Source: the human T2T-CHM13v2.0 reference genome, Homo sapiens. From it: DNA of 64,000 nucleotides. Each line of letters starts with the position of its first letter. Position 1 is the first letter of the stretch. Positions 1 to 13,514 of this stretch are shown here, piece by piece. A program made the translations under genes and the position numbers. Location of the stretch: NCBI RefSeq assembly GCF_009914755.1, contig NC_060934.1, one strand, 5' to 3'. Below the pieces are notes generated by a model, which saw only the letters and a list, made by a program, of their open reading frames with translations, was not told the DNA's origin and searched no databases.

Positions 1-86
1 GAGTAGTTGTGACAGAGACCATATGGCCCATGAAGCCTAAAATATTTACTATCTGGCCCTTTATAGAAAAAGTTTTCAAACTCTGG
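1..86. mobile_element. MER58-like hAT-Charlie DNA transposon, terminal fragment
   Basis: ...gagaccatatggccc...aagcctaaaatatttactatctggccctttatagaaaaagttt... resembles the MER58A end as recalled; cut off by the window edge. Confidence 0.7.
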
Positions 87-2384
87 CTTAGAAGACAGAG
101 TCTTAGTGATTTACGTCCTATTAAAAGGGTTGGCACCTTCAGGGCAGGAGGCTGAGGTGGCACCCAGAAAAAATGCTGCATTCATGACAATGAATCTAAT
201 AGAAAAGTTTCTTGGACACGCTGGTTAAAAGTTCCTCAAAGTGTTCATAAGTAGATAAAATAGGGGGAAAAAAGAACAACCAAGGAAAACCAAACAACCC
301 CAACCTTTACAAAGCTGCAGATGTGAGAAATATGCATGAATTGTCAGAAGTGCCCTTAGGCAAAAAGCTTGAGAAATATTTTATGGTCAGAGCAATTGGG
401 TTGAGTTTAAGCACATGGAAGTGGTTTCAGACAAACTGGTACTGGGCAAGGGGTTACAGCAGACAGACCCCAGACCCTAGAGTTAGGGTCTAGGATTGTG
501 GAGGGTAGAGGCTCCCGCAGCCAGACAGAAAGACCAGGGAGAGCGGCCTCTGTGTGTACTTCAGGATAGCACCCATCAGAAATGAGGTGTAAAGGACACT
601 GGGCTGGGTGCCTAGCTCCCCTAGACCATGGAGTGCCTGGTGCCCCTTCCTCGTGGTGCCACAGACTGGTCAAGAGAAGTGAGGGCAGGCTTAGTCTTTG
701 GAGAATCCAGACAAATCTGGTTTGAATCTAAATATAGATGGAAGCTGGTGTATCTCCACACTCTTCTTCCCCACCTCCACATGCCCCATCAGCTGAAAAT
801 AAGAGGCTGCCAAGGAGAGGGCAGATGGATGGGGTCTGCCTGCCTGGGCAACCTCGCCTAATGATAGCTCACACTCACGGGTTGCTCACTCTAGACCTGG
901 AACCAAGGGAAACTTTGGATTGTTTGGGGAAAGGTAATATGCTTAAGGAACCAGAGGCCATCTGGGAAAGGACTCAAGACCCTGGCTCTTGAAATTCTTG
1001 GGGTGAGACAGGGGTCAGATGAGCAAGGCCTAAGAGCAGGGCGGAGGAGCAAGGGTCTTCATCCCTAGTGAACCTTTCAGACTTCCCCTTTGTCGCTATT
1101 GCTGTCGTCTAGTGCTTTTCACTGTGGTCAACAGGAAACGGAAGGCCTGCAAGTTTTATGCCTGCAAAATGCCGTAAGCCCTTTGTGTGAGTTATTTCAT
1201 TAAATCCTCCAAAATGGCCTCATGAGGAAGGTATTATCGTCATTTTATAACTGCGAAGACTGAAGCTTGGAGAAGTTAAGTTTCTTGCTCCAGATTACTC
1301 AGCAGTTACAAAGCACAGACCGGTATGAGGACCCCCAAAGCCCAGCTCTCGGCATCTTTAACCCCAGTATACTGACTCCGGCATGTTTATTATACTTTTG
1401 TGTTCCTTGCTTATCCTTTCATCTCTTTTCTAAGTTGATTCAATGTTGAAACCGTGAGCCATTTAGTAGTAGTTCATGTTACTGTGACAATGGCTACTGA
1501 AGAGATCCACAGGACGTAGCAGTCCAGGCATGAAAGTTAAGTGTGAGACCCTGGCCTCAGACTGCCTGAGTTCGATTCCTGGCTCTGCCACTTACTGTCT
1601 GTGTGGCTCTGAGCAAATTGCTTAACCCCTTTGTGCCTCAGTGTCCCCACCTATGAAATGAAAGTGATTTATCCTGATTCAATAAGCTATTCCAGATAAA
1701 GAGCTTGAGCAGAAAAGCAAGCACTGTACTCACTGGCTGCTGCTATTGCTGTTTTCCTTGTTGGCTAATCACACCTGTGCTGCTTGCCTCACGGGAGAAT
1801 CCCAGGAAGAAAACTGCTGTGGTGCGGAGGGCACTTCTTTAAGAGCCAGGAGCTCTGGATTCTGAACCCTGTTCTGCCAATAACTCACTATGTGGGCTCC
1901 GAGACGTCACTCCTAATACTCTCAGTGCATGTCAGCTACAGCAATTTTTCCAGGTCCTTTTACCCGAATGGTAAATGTAATTTATATAACAATATTTACT
2001 GAGCATGTGTGGGCCAGACTGACCACCTGCCTAATCTCTCACTCTTTATGCCTACACTACTGGGTAGACTCTTTTGTTATCTTCATTTTACAAACTAGGA
2101 ATTTGATGCTAAACAGGTGATGCTGAAGAGGAATTTGATGCTAAGGAAGGTGTTCAGAGTCACAAAGCCAGGAAAAAAAAAAAAAGGCTGAATTGGGATA
2201 TGAACTCAGGGAGTCTGACTGCTGTCCACAGATTTCACAGCTGTGCTTGAGCAAAGTTGTGTTAGAGCCATGATTAAGGTCCCACTTATAGCCAGCTGGC
2301 CACCACTCTGCAGGATGGGGAGTGGGGACGGAGAACCGTGGCAACCCCTCTCCACACGTGTTGTGAAGAGAACTGTCAATTCTT

Positions 2385-2751
<367 letters not shown>

Positions 2752-3603
2752 TCAAACTATCCCAACAAAAGGCCCAAGTTGGCCCAAGGAATTTTCTTAT
2801 CAGGTAATGGAAATTGTTTTTAGTGGCAAGAATGAGCTCATTACAGATGCAGCTTGTGCTAATAATGATAACTTGCTGAGCAGTAAAATCACCTCTCTAC
2901 CTCCCCCGCCAACAGACGACACTCCAGAAATTATAGGCTAGGGAGAAACAGAAAGGATAAAGATTAAGGAAAAGACTTGCAATGTGGAACTGCTTAAACA
3001 AAGGGAGTTACAGATTCGCACGTTGAACTCGGTGATCTTAATCATGAAGTTGTAGAATAATTAGATACTGTTAAAGAATTGTTTAAATTGCCTTTATTCA
3101 ATTTTGTTACCTCTATCACTGGGTTGTTGTTTTTTCTGGTTTTGTTTCAGTTTTACAGCTCAAACCATTTTTTAAAAGTTGGTGCAAAATGAATTAGTCA
3201 ATGACTTAAATATTGATGCACCATAGGATCCCCTGGATGGGAGTAAGATAAGGGCAGTCACAAGGGGTCATTTCAGTCCTCACACCCCGTTAATTTCATG
3301 GGCAAAGACCCCCAGTAACCTTGAGCCCCTAGGAGCTATCTGCAAATTGTTTGGGCCCAGGCAGACATCCATTCCTGTCTCTCATCCCTGAGAGGCCAGC
3401 ACAGACGCAGCAGGCTGGGCCACCCCCCAATCCCGGCAGTGGGGAGATCTAGCTCCACGTTTCCTTTCCAAGATCGTGGGTTTTAACTCTTTCAGGTTTT
3501 CAGAACACTGGGAAAAAATCCTGACAGTTCACTGAGCTTTGCCTCAGCCCTTGGAAGGGAATCCAGCTACCTTCTATTGAGATGTGGCTTTTTTCTTTGA
3601 ACA

Positions 3604-3901
<298 letters not shown>

Positions 3902-4371
3902 TTTCTTTAAACATTTAATCTCTAAAATATTAAAATATCTTTTAATTCAAATAGCGATTTTTTAATGACTTTTTTTTCTTGATTATAAAAACAATACCTA
4001 TTGGCTATGGAAAATTGAAAAAAGCATAAATAAACAAAAATAACCAACAGGACCATCATCCAAATGACCACTGCTAGCATTATAGGTTAGTGCCCCCCCC
4101 ACCCTTTTTTAAAAACAGAAAGCAGGATTATAGTGTGTATGAGTTTGTGTGTATGAGGGACACACACACACAGGTCTGGTGTTACTGTACAGTTTTATGA
4201 CCTGCCTATTTCATGTATGGGATCCTCAGTATTTTTATACAACACCATTTTTCCATCATATCATTTAAAAATAATGAGATGTACCATAATCCTGAACCCT
4301 GTGGGGAAGGTGTTGTTATCTGGTTTTGTGTGACAATCTCCCTTTACACACATTCGTGGCTGTTTTCCTGG

Positions 4372-4880
4372 ACAAAGGTTCTTAACCATTCTTGTGGTGG
4401 GGACCCACTGCTGTCTAGTGAAACCTGTGGGCCTCTTGTCAGAACAGTATTTCCAAATGTTTAAAGCAAAATACATAAGATTACAATGGAAACAATATTG
4501 AAATATTATCAAAATATTAAAAAGAACAAATTTATAAAACAGCCATTTCTTTATTCTTATATTGAATAACACTATGTGAGAGAGTAGATATAGTCACTGT
4601 AATAACCACCATGATTACAGAGATGAGCTTTAACATCATTCCAGCTGTTTGCAGCCAGAGCCACGTGATACAAAAACATCTGTGACTGCTCTCAGGCCAA
4701 GGTGACAGGTCCTGCAGTGGTTTGTTGCCTGCATTCATCAAGGAAGGAAATACTAAATTTCGCCTGGAGGTTAGTGAAAACAATGATGTAACTTTTTTTC
4801 TCATCAAAGTTCTCTGACCTTCTGACTTCTACCCATGGAATCATGGGAGCCCAGCATGTCCAGGTGAAAATTCTTGCCTT
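4372..4880. mobile_element. Old hAT-Charlie-type DNA transposon remnant
   Basis: CAAAGGTTCTTAACC start and a similar inverted end near 4860-4880, AT-rich interior; family not determined. Confidence 0.4.
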
Positions 4881-5042
4881 GGAAAAAACCTCCGAGGCCC
4901 AGCTTGCTGCCTCGTGTGGCTCTGCACATTTCTGAGTGGATGACAACGGTCTCATTGTCCCAGGAGCTGTTATTTCTTCTGCATACGGGTGGTTGCTGAG
5001 GGAGGTCAGGGTGCCTGCTGGTGGCAAGATGATGTTATCCAG

Positions 5043-5775
<733 letters not shown>

Positions 5776-6032
5776 AGCTGGTATCTGCCAACTGGACCCT
5801 CCTGGGGACTGGGATTCTGGAAAACCAGGGCTGGGGTGGGCGTGGTGTCTGCGCCGCTGTCAGGAACATGCCAGGACCCAGGGACTGTTTGGTTAGAGGG
5901 TTGGGCTAGGTCTTCAGTGAAGATCCTGGCCTGGCTGCAGTGTTACCTCGGGGGTTAGGAACCCTAGCTCATGGTCAACATAACCTGGAGAAAACCCGCA
6001 CAAGAAACTTTAGCATGCGGAGAAGCAGCCTC

Positions 6033-6141
6033 TTTATTCCCACATGACAAAAAACGGTCTTTATCATTAATGACATGCAACCGTCAACCACTCAGGATGC
6101 AGGCGGCAGTTAAAAAATTCTTGTTACTAAATTTCTTTATT
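6033..6141 (-). terminator. C10orf82: Two tandem AATAAA poly(A) signals of C10orf82
   Basis: TTTATT on + at 6136-6141 and 6033-6038, about 85 and 190 nt past the stop codon. Confidence 0.7.
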
Positions 6142-6225
6142 GCTCACTGGGCGTGATTCCAACATGAGAATGGCAGGTTTTGGAAGCCCCACTTAAAGTT
6201 CACCTCCTTGGGAGACTCTGCGCTT

Positions 6226-6617
<392 letters not shown>

Positions 6618-7079
6618 TTATGGACCTTTTATTAAGAATAGAATAATAATAAATAGAATAAAATACAATACATAAATATGAGTAAATATATGAACATGGT
6701 ATGTTATTTCTTTACAATTTATTCTAAAGGTAAAGATCACCCTCCTCATTTCGCAGAAGAGAAAGCTGAGGCCACTCAGCACCCTTGGGCCTTAAGCCAC
6801 TGCCAGGATGGTAGCCCTGCTGGTTTTTACTCCCATCCCCTCCCTGCAAACCAGCAAAGACCACAGGTAGAGCTGCTGGGGAATGCTGAGCACAGGTTGG
6901 GAGCAGAGGGCACCTGCCTACTGGGGAAGCCCTGAAACTACAAATGAGGCACCTTCTCTAAGACAAATCACACACAAATAGTCCTAGTGCTGGGATGGGG
7001 ACATCTGGTAAACCCCCATCCTGGGTTTGCACTTCTCCCTTTGACCTTGTGCCTGGGGTACGGACCCAAGCCAGACTCA

Positions 7080-7355
<276 letters not shown>

Positions 7356-7434
7356 CTAGGGTCTCCTAGTTCTCAGACCAGCACCCTCTTCCCTAACCAG
7401 GACTGTGCCCCCTCCCCTAGAAATGTTTCTTTCT

Positions 7435-7780
<346 letters not shown>

Positions 7781-7871
7781 TTAAGAAATGGAGCCTTTGC
7801 ATTTGGTGCTGACCCCTGGGATTTGGAACGGTGCGGGATTCTGGGTGCTATGGGGCAGCTCAGCTGGCCTA

Positions 7872-8165
<294 letters not shown>

Positions 8166-9268
8166 TCACAGCCTTCAGCAAGACTGGCCAGCAAGGAATT
8201 CAGAGCCCGCCTAAACTCCCCAGCATTTCAGCCCACCCTTTGGCATTTCTTCCTCAGCCAACAGCACTACGTTTTTCCAAAGGCCATTAATACAAGCAGT
8301 GCTGTTGTTTCCACTGCGGCTGGGCCCTCCCAAGGCCACAAAAAATGACCTTGGAGCTGGGGAGGGAAGGCCCATTTCAACAAAGGCGATGACAGTAATA
8401 CTCTTTGAATAGCAAAGCCCCTGATGTCAGCCTGACGGAAAATGGGGAAAGCATTTAATGGGCCAAAATGATAGTCTAAGGAGTAATTGAAATTATTCAT
8501 CTTTTTAAAGAGAAAGCTTATTTTCCTCGACACTTCCCAAATGCAATTTGGGATCTTTCTTGCCGGACCATCAGGAAATTGCAGGCTTATTAAAAGTAGA
8601 GCCCTGTTACACAAAAAGGTAAATTCATTATCTGCAAGACCCACCCCTAGCACAATTTTTCACCATTTCCCACCAAGTAACATATAATCATTACAATTAG
8701 TATGGGTAAAACACAACTATTTACTTAAACTGGAGGCTGAATCCTAAGTACTATAATATTGTCACAATAAAACCATTTTTTTTTTTTTTGAAGAACAAAT
8801 GAGGAAAACTGGTTAAGAACTTAGTTTCAAACTGCAAAATAAATAAATAAATCTCTCTCCTTATGGAAACCCAACATTTTTGCCATGGTCTCCAGGAAAA
8901 CAAAACCTGGCTTCAGAGTTGAAAGTAGCAATCCTCACCCCCAGAGCCCTACAATAACCCCCTCTGGAAGAACCTAATTACTAAACTAATCTTGACAGTG
9001 TTGGAAGCCTTCCATGCATCGCCCAGACTCCCCAACCCTTGGATGATTAAAAGATATCCTAACATTATGAAGACCCTAGGGGCTTTGCCACAGTGGTTTC
9101 CCTGCCATCAGGGCCGACTTTGGTCTGCCTAGGTTTTATATTAGTGCATATATGCACAAACATAAGCATACAAACTACCTTTATCGAGTCTCGCTAAGGA
9201 CCAAGACATTTAAAATAGGTTATGTATGCTGGCTCCTTTAATCCTCACAACAATCTTATGGTATCCCA

Positions 9269-9733
9269 TGTAGTGGGTTGAACTGTATCCTCCAAATAGA
9301 TATATGCAAGTCCTAACCCCTGGTACCTGTGAATGTGCATTTATCTACAAATAGGGACTTCTCAGATGTAATTAAGTTAAGGGCCTAAAAATGAGATCAT
9401 CCCGGATTTAGGGTGGGTCCTAAATCTGATGACTGATGTCCTTATAGAGGAAAGAAGAGAGAGACTTGTGACACAGAGACAAAGGGGGAAATGCCGTGTG
9501 AGGATGAAGAGAGTGACTGGAGAGATGCTGCCACAAGCCAAGAACACTGGGGCCACCAGAAGCTGGAAGAAGCAAAGGTGGGATCCTTCCCTAGCGCCTT
9601 CAGAAAGAGCATGGCCCTGCGGGCACCTCGATTTCAGACGTCTGGCCTCAGAACTGTGAGGGAATGCATTTCCATCACTTTAAACCACATAGTTTGTGGT
9701 AATTTGTTGCAGTGGTCCTAGAAAACAAATACA
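9269..9733 (+). mobile_element. MLT1 (ERVL-MaLR) solo LTR
   Basis: TGTAGTGGGTTGAA...gtcctaacccctggtacctgtgaatgtg...agaagctggaaga...ctagaaaacaaataca. Confidence 0.85.
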
Positions 9734-10029
9734 TCCATTTTATAGAATGTTGTACTTACCACAGAGAGGCAAGTTACTTACAGTCTCATCGACAGTGACC
9801 AAACAGAGATTCGAACCTCAGCTTGTCAGAACCCAAAGCCTATTCTCAACCAGCCATTAGGACCAGAGTGAGGTTGGGCAACCCTGGAATATCACCCAAG
9901 TACTATTCCTCCTGAGAACGGCTGTATGGGAGAGCCAAGGGTCTGTGGGGACCACTGGGTTTGTCACCCACAGGGATATGACTTAGTAAGTTCTCAGTAG
10001 CCCAGAAGCCTGAGGAGGAATAGCCTCTA

Positions 10030-10162
10030 GGTAGGGCAACCAATCGTCCTGGTTTGCCAAGGACTGAGGAGTTTCCCAAATGCAAGATTTTCAGTGTTAA
10101 GGAAAGTCCCAGGCAGTCCCAGGACAAAGGCAGTCCCAGGTAGACCAGGGCAGTTGGCCAGC
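10030..10162. mobile_element. MER81/MER94-like hAT MITE
   Basis: inverted ends AGGGCAACCAATCGTCCTGGTTTGCC ... AGACCAGGGCAGTTGGCCA; a related fragment lies at ~28040-28115. Confidence 0.55.
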
Positions 10163-10263
10163 CTTCCTTTAGGGGATGCAGGAAAGGATGGGAGCACAAG
10201 AATAACCTTTGTGGAGGACTTGAGAAAACCAACTTGGGGAGAACAGGGCCTCTACTTATTCAT

Positions 10264-10314
10264 GTGTCTATCCTCATCACATTGTGTCTATCCTCATCAC
10301 ATTGTGTCTATCCT
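10264..10314. repeat. 20-bp tandem duplication (TGTGTCTATCCTCATCACAT, ~2.6 copies)
   Basis: read directly from the sequence. Confidence 0.85.
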
Positions 10315-10577
10315 GGTCCAAATTCATTCAACAGGCATTAAGTGCTTCCTCTGCATACCAGGCCATGTTCTGGGACGTGTGGTCTAAGTTCTGCCCCTCA
10401 GAACCCGGCCATCAGCCATCTTCAGCGATGGAATGCTCTCAATGCATGTCTGAAAAGCTAGAGCGCCTAGACTGGTCCAGTTGGCTGCACAGACACAGAC
10501 AGTGGGTCAAGGCAGGGACAGTGACCAGGACCCGGGTTCCCCTGCCAGGCACAGCTGCAGGGTACGTCCACACTTAC

Positions 10578-10632
10578 CGCTATAGCCTGGTGTGATTGGC
10601 AGGTTTCTCATGAAGGTCTTGGAAGGCTCCAT
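10578..10632 (-). CDS. C10orf82: C10orf82/SPMIP5 first coding exon (MEPSKTFMRNLPITPGYS-G)
   Basis: acceptor ctaacag| with exon starting at 10643; ATG at 10632 in AAATCATGG context; donor AGCG|gtaagt; 55 coding nt. Confidence 0.9.
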
Positions 10633-11104
10633 GATTTCGCTCTCTGTTAGTGGAGGGAAGAGGGAATGAAACGGTCTCATCAAAAGTCACTGCCTTAAGG
10701 AATTACTATTGAGTGTGCACAAGCTCTTGGGAGTGGAAGAATGACTGCCAGGAGTTGGGGCTGAGAGGCAGCACTACCACCTTACCCAAAGCCAGAGACA
10801 CAGCTGGCTTCAGTCACAAACCAATGACCTATTACCAAGGGCCCATCACCTTTTATGTTAACTTGGATAACAGTGTGTAGATCACACCTACCAGGGTCTC
10901 CTCTCCCCTCCATCCGACCTCCAGCCATCCAACAATTGTGAACTGTACTCATACTATGGCTGTGAAACATGATAGAGGCTGGGAATGCAAAGCTTCTGAG
11001 CAAGCCCAGAAGCCCCTGTGTTAGGTTCATGAGCCTCAGGTGAGGAGAGAGATGAGGCCCGCACACCCCCAGACCTCCTTCTTGATCCAGGTGAAATCAG
11101 GTTG

Positions 11105-11225
11105 CAGTGGTGATTTTTGCCAGCCCCCACCATTACCCCTGGAACATCTGGCAATGTCCAGAGGCATATTTGGCTGTCAGAAGTGGGGGATGGGATGCTA
11201 CTGAACATCCTGCAATGCTCAGAAG
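11105..11225. mobile_element. MER20-like DNA transposon fragment
   Basis: cagtggtgatttttgcc...ggaacatctggcaatgtccagaggcatatttggctgtca resembles MER20. Confidence 0.55.
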
Positions 11226-11252
11226 CCTCCCCCCACCCGCCGGCACACACAT

Positions 11253-11253
<1 letters not shown>

Positions 11254-11303
<50 letters not shown>
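11254..11303. repeat. (CA)25 microsatellite
   Basis: read directly from the sequence. Confidence 0.97.
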
Positions 11304-11307
<4 letters not shown>

Positions 11308-12239
11308 AGGGAGAAGAAATTCTGGCTTGAAGGAATCAGGAAGTCCCAAAAGGCAGACATGGAGTCCAAGGAGGGTAAGCAGAGGCCACCCTCTGCTTCA
11401 GGGGGCTCCACTGAAACATCAGTTTATGTGGATGCTGTTTCTGCAATAAGACACCTTCCCTCTTTGGGTATCGCTGGTCATTCCCCCCAAGTGGGCTGAG
11501 GCCTTGCCAAGTCCTGCCCTGCTGAGCCAGTTCATCTCTTTAAAGAAATGCCTTTGAGGCTGGAAGAAGAGGATTCAGGGTGGAGGAGAGGGCCACAGTC
11601 ATGGCTTAGTCAGCAATGATGGGGATTGTTAAGACAGTTCAGCCCCCGCCAGGCTGACAGCAGTGAGGACTGTGCCGCGTCTAGGCCACTCTAACCCCTG
11701 GCATCACGTACCTGACTCCTGGGAGGAAGCACTGGGCCTGGAGTCAGACAGACCTGGCTGTGAGACCATGTCCCACCCATACTGACCACCTGCTTACTTT
11801 TCTGAAAGCTTTCCACGCTTGTTTAATCCTCTCAACAGCCCCATGATATAAATGCTATATTATACCCATTCCCCAATTTAAAAAGGCAACAGACAGGGAA
11901 CACTGGCTATCCCCATGTGGTTGCAGCAGAACCGCATTCTCCTCTAATCCCCACAGCTTCCCTAAGAATGAGTTCCTGTTGGAACCCCCATTTTATAAAT
12001 GTGAAAAATAAGGCACAGAGAGGTTAGGTAACTGGTTTCAGGGTTCCAGAGTGAAAGGGGGTGCGAACAGATGACCTCTAAACTCTCAGGGACAGGATAT
12101 GTTGCCCAAAAGCATCAGCTGGGGTATAAGCCTGCCTGGAGGAGGTGGGCAGGGAGGAGGGTGGGAAGAAAGGCGGTGTCCTGAGAAAGGGGGCTAGGAG
12201 TGGGTAGAAAGTAGGGCCCCTCCTAGCCACCCTCTTCCA

Positions 12240-12700
12240 ATCCCACCTCAGCGCTCACCTGGGCGGGGCTGGCGCTATCCGGTGCCCACTTGGCCTCTGC
12301 CCGGCCGCCCAGGATCCCTGCCTTCCACCAGGCCTTTGTGCGCTCACCCCGTGGAGCACAAAGGCCCCACCACCGCCAGCCTGCCCCTCCCCCACCCTTC
12401 CCGCGGTCCCACCTGGAAGGTGGGCGCTTCCCCCAGCGCCCGGCACAGCCCGGACCCCGGTGTAAAGTCGGGCATCTGCGCAGTAAACATCTGGCCTCGG
12501 AGCTGTCCTCCGCGCCTTGGCTGCCCCAGCCAGGGGAAGGATATGCGGAGGGCTCTAAGTCAAAGCGGGCGTTTTTGCGGGTGTAGACACTGCGGCGCCT
12601 GGGTCTGCAGGTCTGGCCGGGGAAGCGGGTGGGCGGGAACAGGGGGCGGGGCCGGCAGTGGGCGGGAGGAGGCGAGGCCTGGGGGCCCTGGCGCCTCCAA
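12240..12700. promoter_or_regulatory. C10orf82: CpG island: promoter and non-coding first exon of C10orf82
   Basis: CpG-dense and GC-rich; GC box GGGGCGGGGC at ~12643-12652; minus-strand donors CAG|gtgagc (exon end 12259) and GGG|gtgagc (exon end 12348), upstream of the 10643 acceptor. Confidence 0.8.
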
Positions 12701-13514
12701 TACAGGAGGGGCCTGGCAGCCCCTCCCTCCCTGTCTCCTGTTAGGAGGGGCAGATTTTCAGGTGGCCGGGACAGGTGAAGGCAGAGAGGAGTGGCTGTCC
12801 ACCTGGGGAAGGTGAGTCATCCTTCTTTCTAATCACTCTTGGAGGGACACCCAGACTTCCTCTCATTGAATTGAAACCCACCAAGATGTCCGCCCTATGA
12901 ACCAGCATGTGCTGGCTGCTCCCTTTACAGAAAATGACGCTGAAGCTGCGCTACTTCCAGGACACGCTTGTTTGCTGCACCTCCCGGCCTTCCCTACCTC
13001 TACTTTTCTGAAAATTGAACTGCAAATGAAGGCTGGTGGAGCCGACCACCATTTATACCTCTCTTTTATCACCCCATTTAGAACATACCTCGGGCCATCA
13101 GGAAGCTTTCAGAGCCAACTGTGGAGGGCGACTCAGGTGTAGGCTCTGGACACAGCCAGTTTCACGTGACGGCTGGGATGCCCAGGGGCAAGAGCCCAGC
13201 CAGGCCTTCTGCATGTTTTAATGACTTACACTGGGGTGCAGTGGCATTGGCAGTGGTCACTCTGCTTACCTGCCCTCCCTCTGGCTAGACCACTTTCTTC
13301 CAGAGAAAAGGGGCTCTGTGCCCATCGATGGGGCCTTGGTTCCCAGCAAACAAAGGGCCTAGTCTTGTTAGAATAACTTAAGAAAACTTACAGCACCTGG
13401 AAAAAACTGAAACTCTCTCTCCACCACCTGAGATGGGGTAGAGAGGGAGATCAGTACTGACGTGTCCATCATGCAGTTTGCAAATCCAGGATGGGGGGAA
13501 AAAAAATCTGGGCC

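Noticed and set aside
1555-1660. GAGTTCGATTCC B-box suggesting a tRNA or Pol III gene
   Set aside because: It lies within a MIR (tRNA-derived SINE); no cloverleaf or intact A-box.
10954-11499. ORFs with (CV)n or (HT)n; likewise WMDG/HPSI repeats at 56140-56484
   Set aside because: Translations of (CA)n and (TGGA)n microsatellites.
12282-12815. 177-aa plus-strand ORF in the CpG island
   Set aside because: Non-ATG start, low-complexity G/P/A/R composition, and stop-poor because of high GC.
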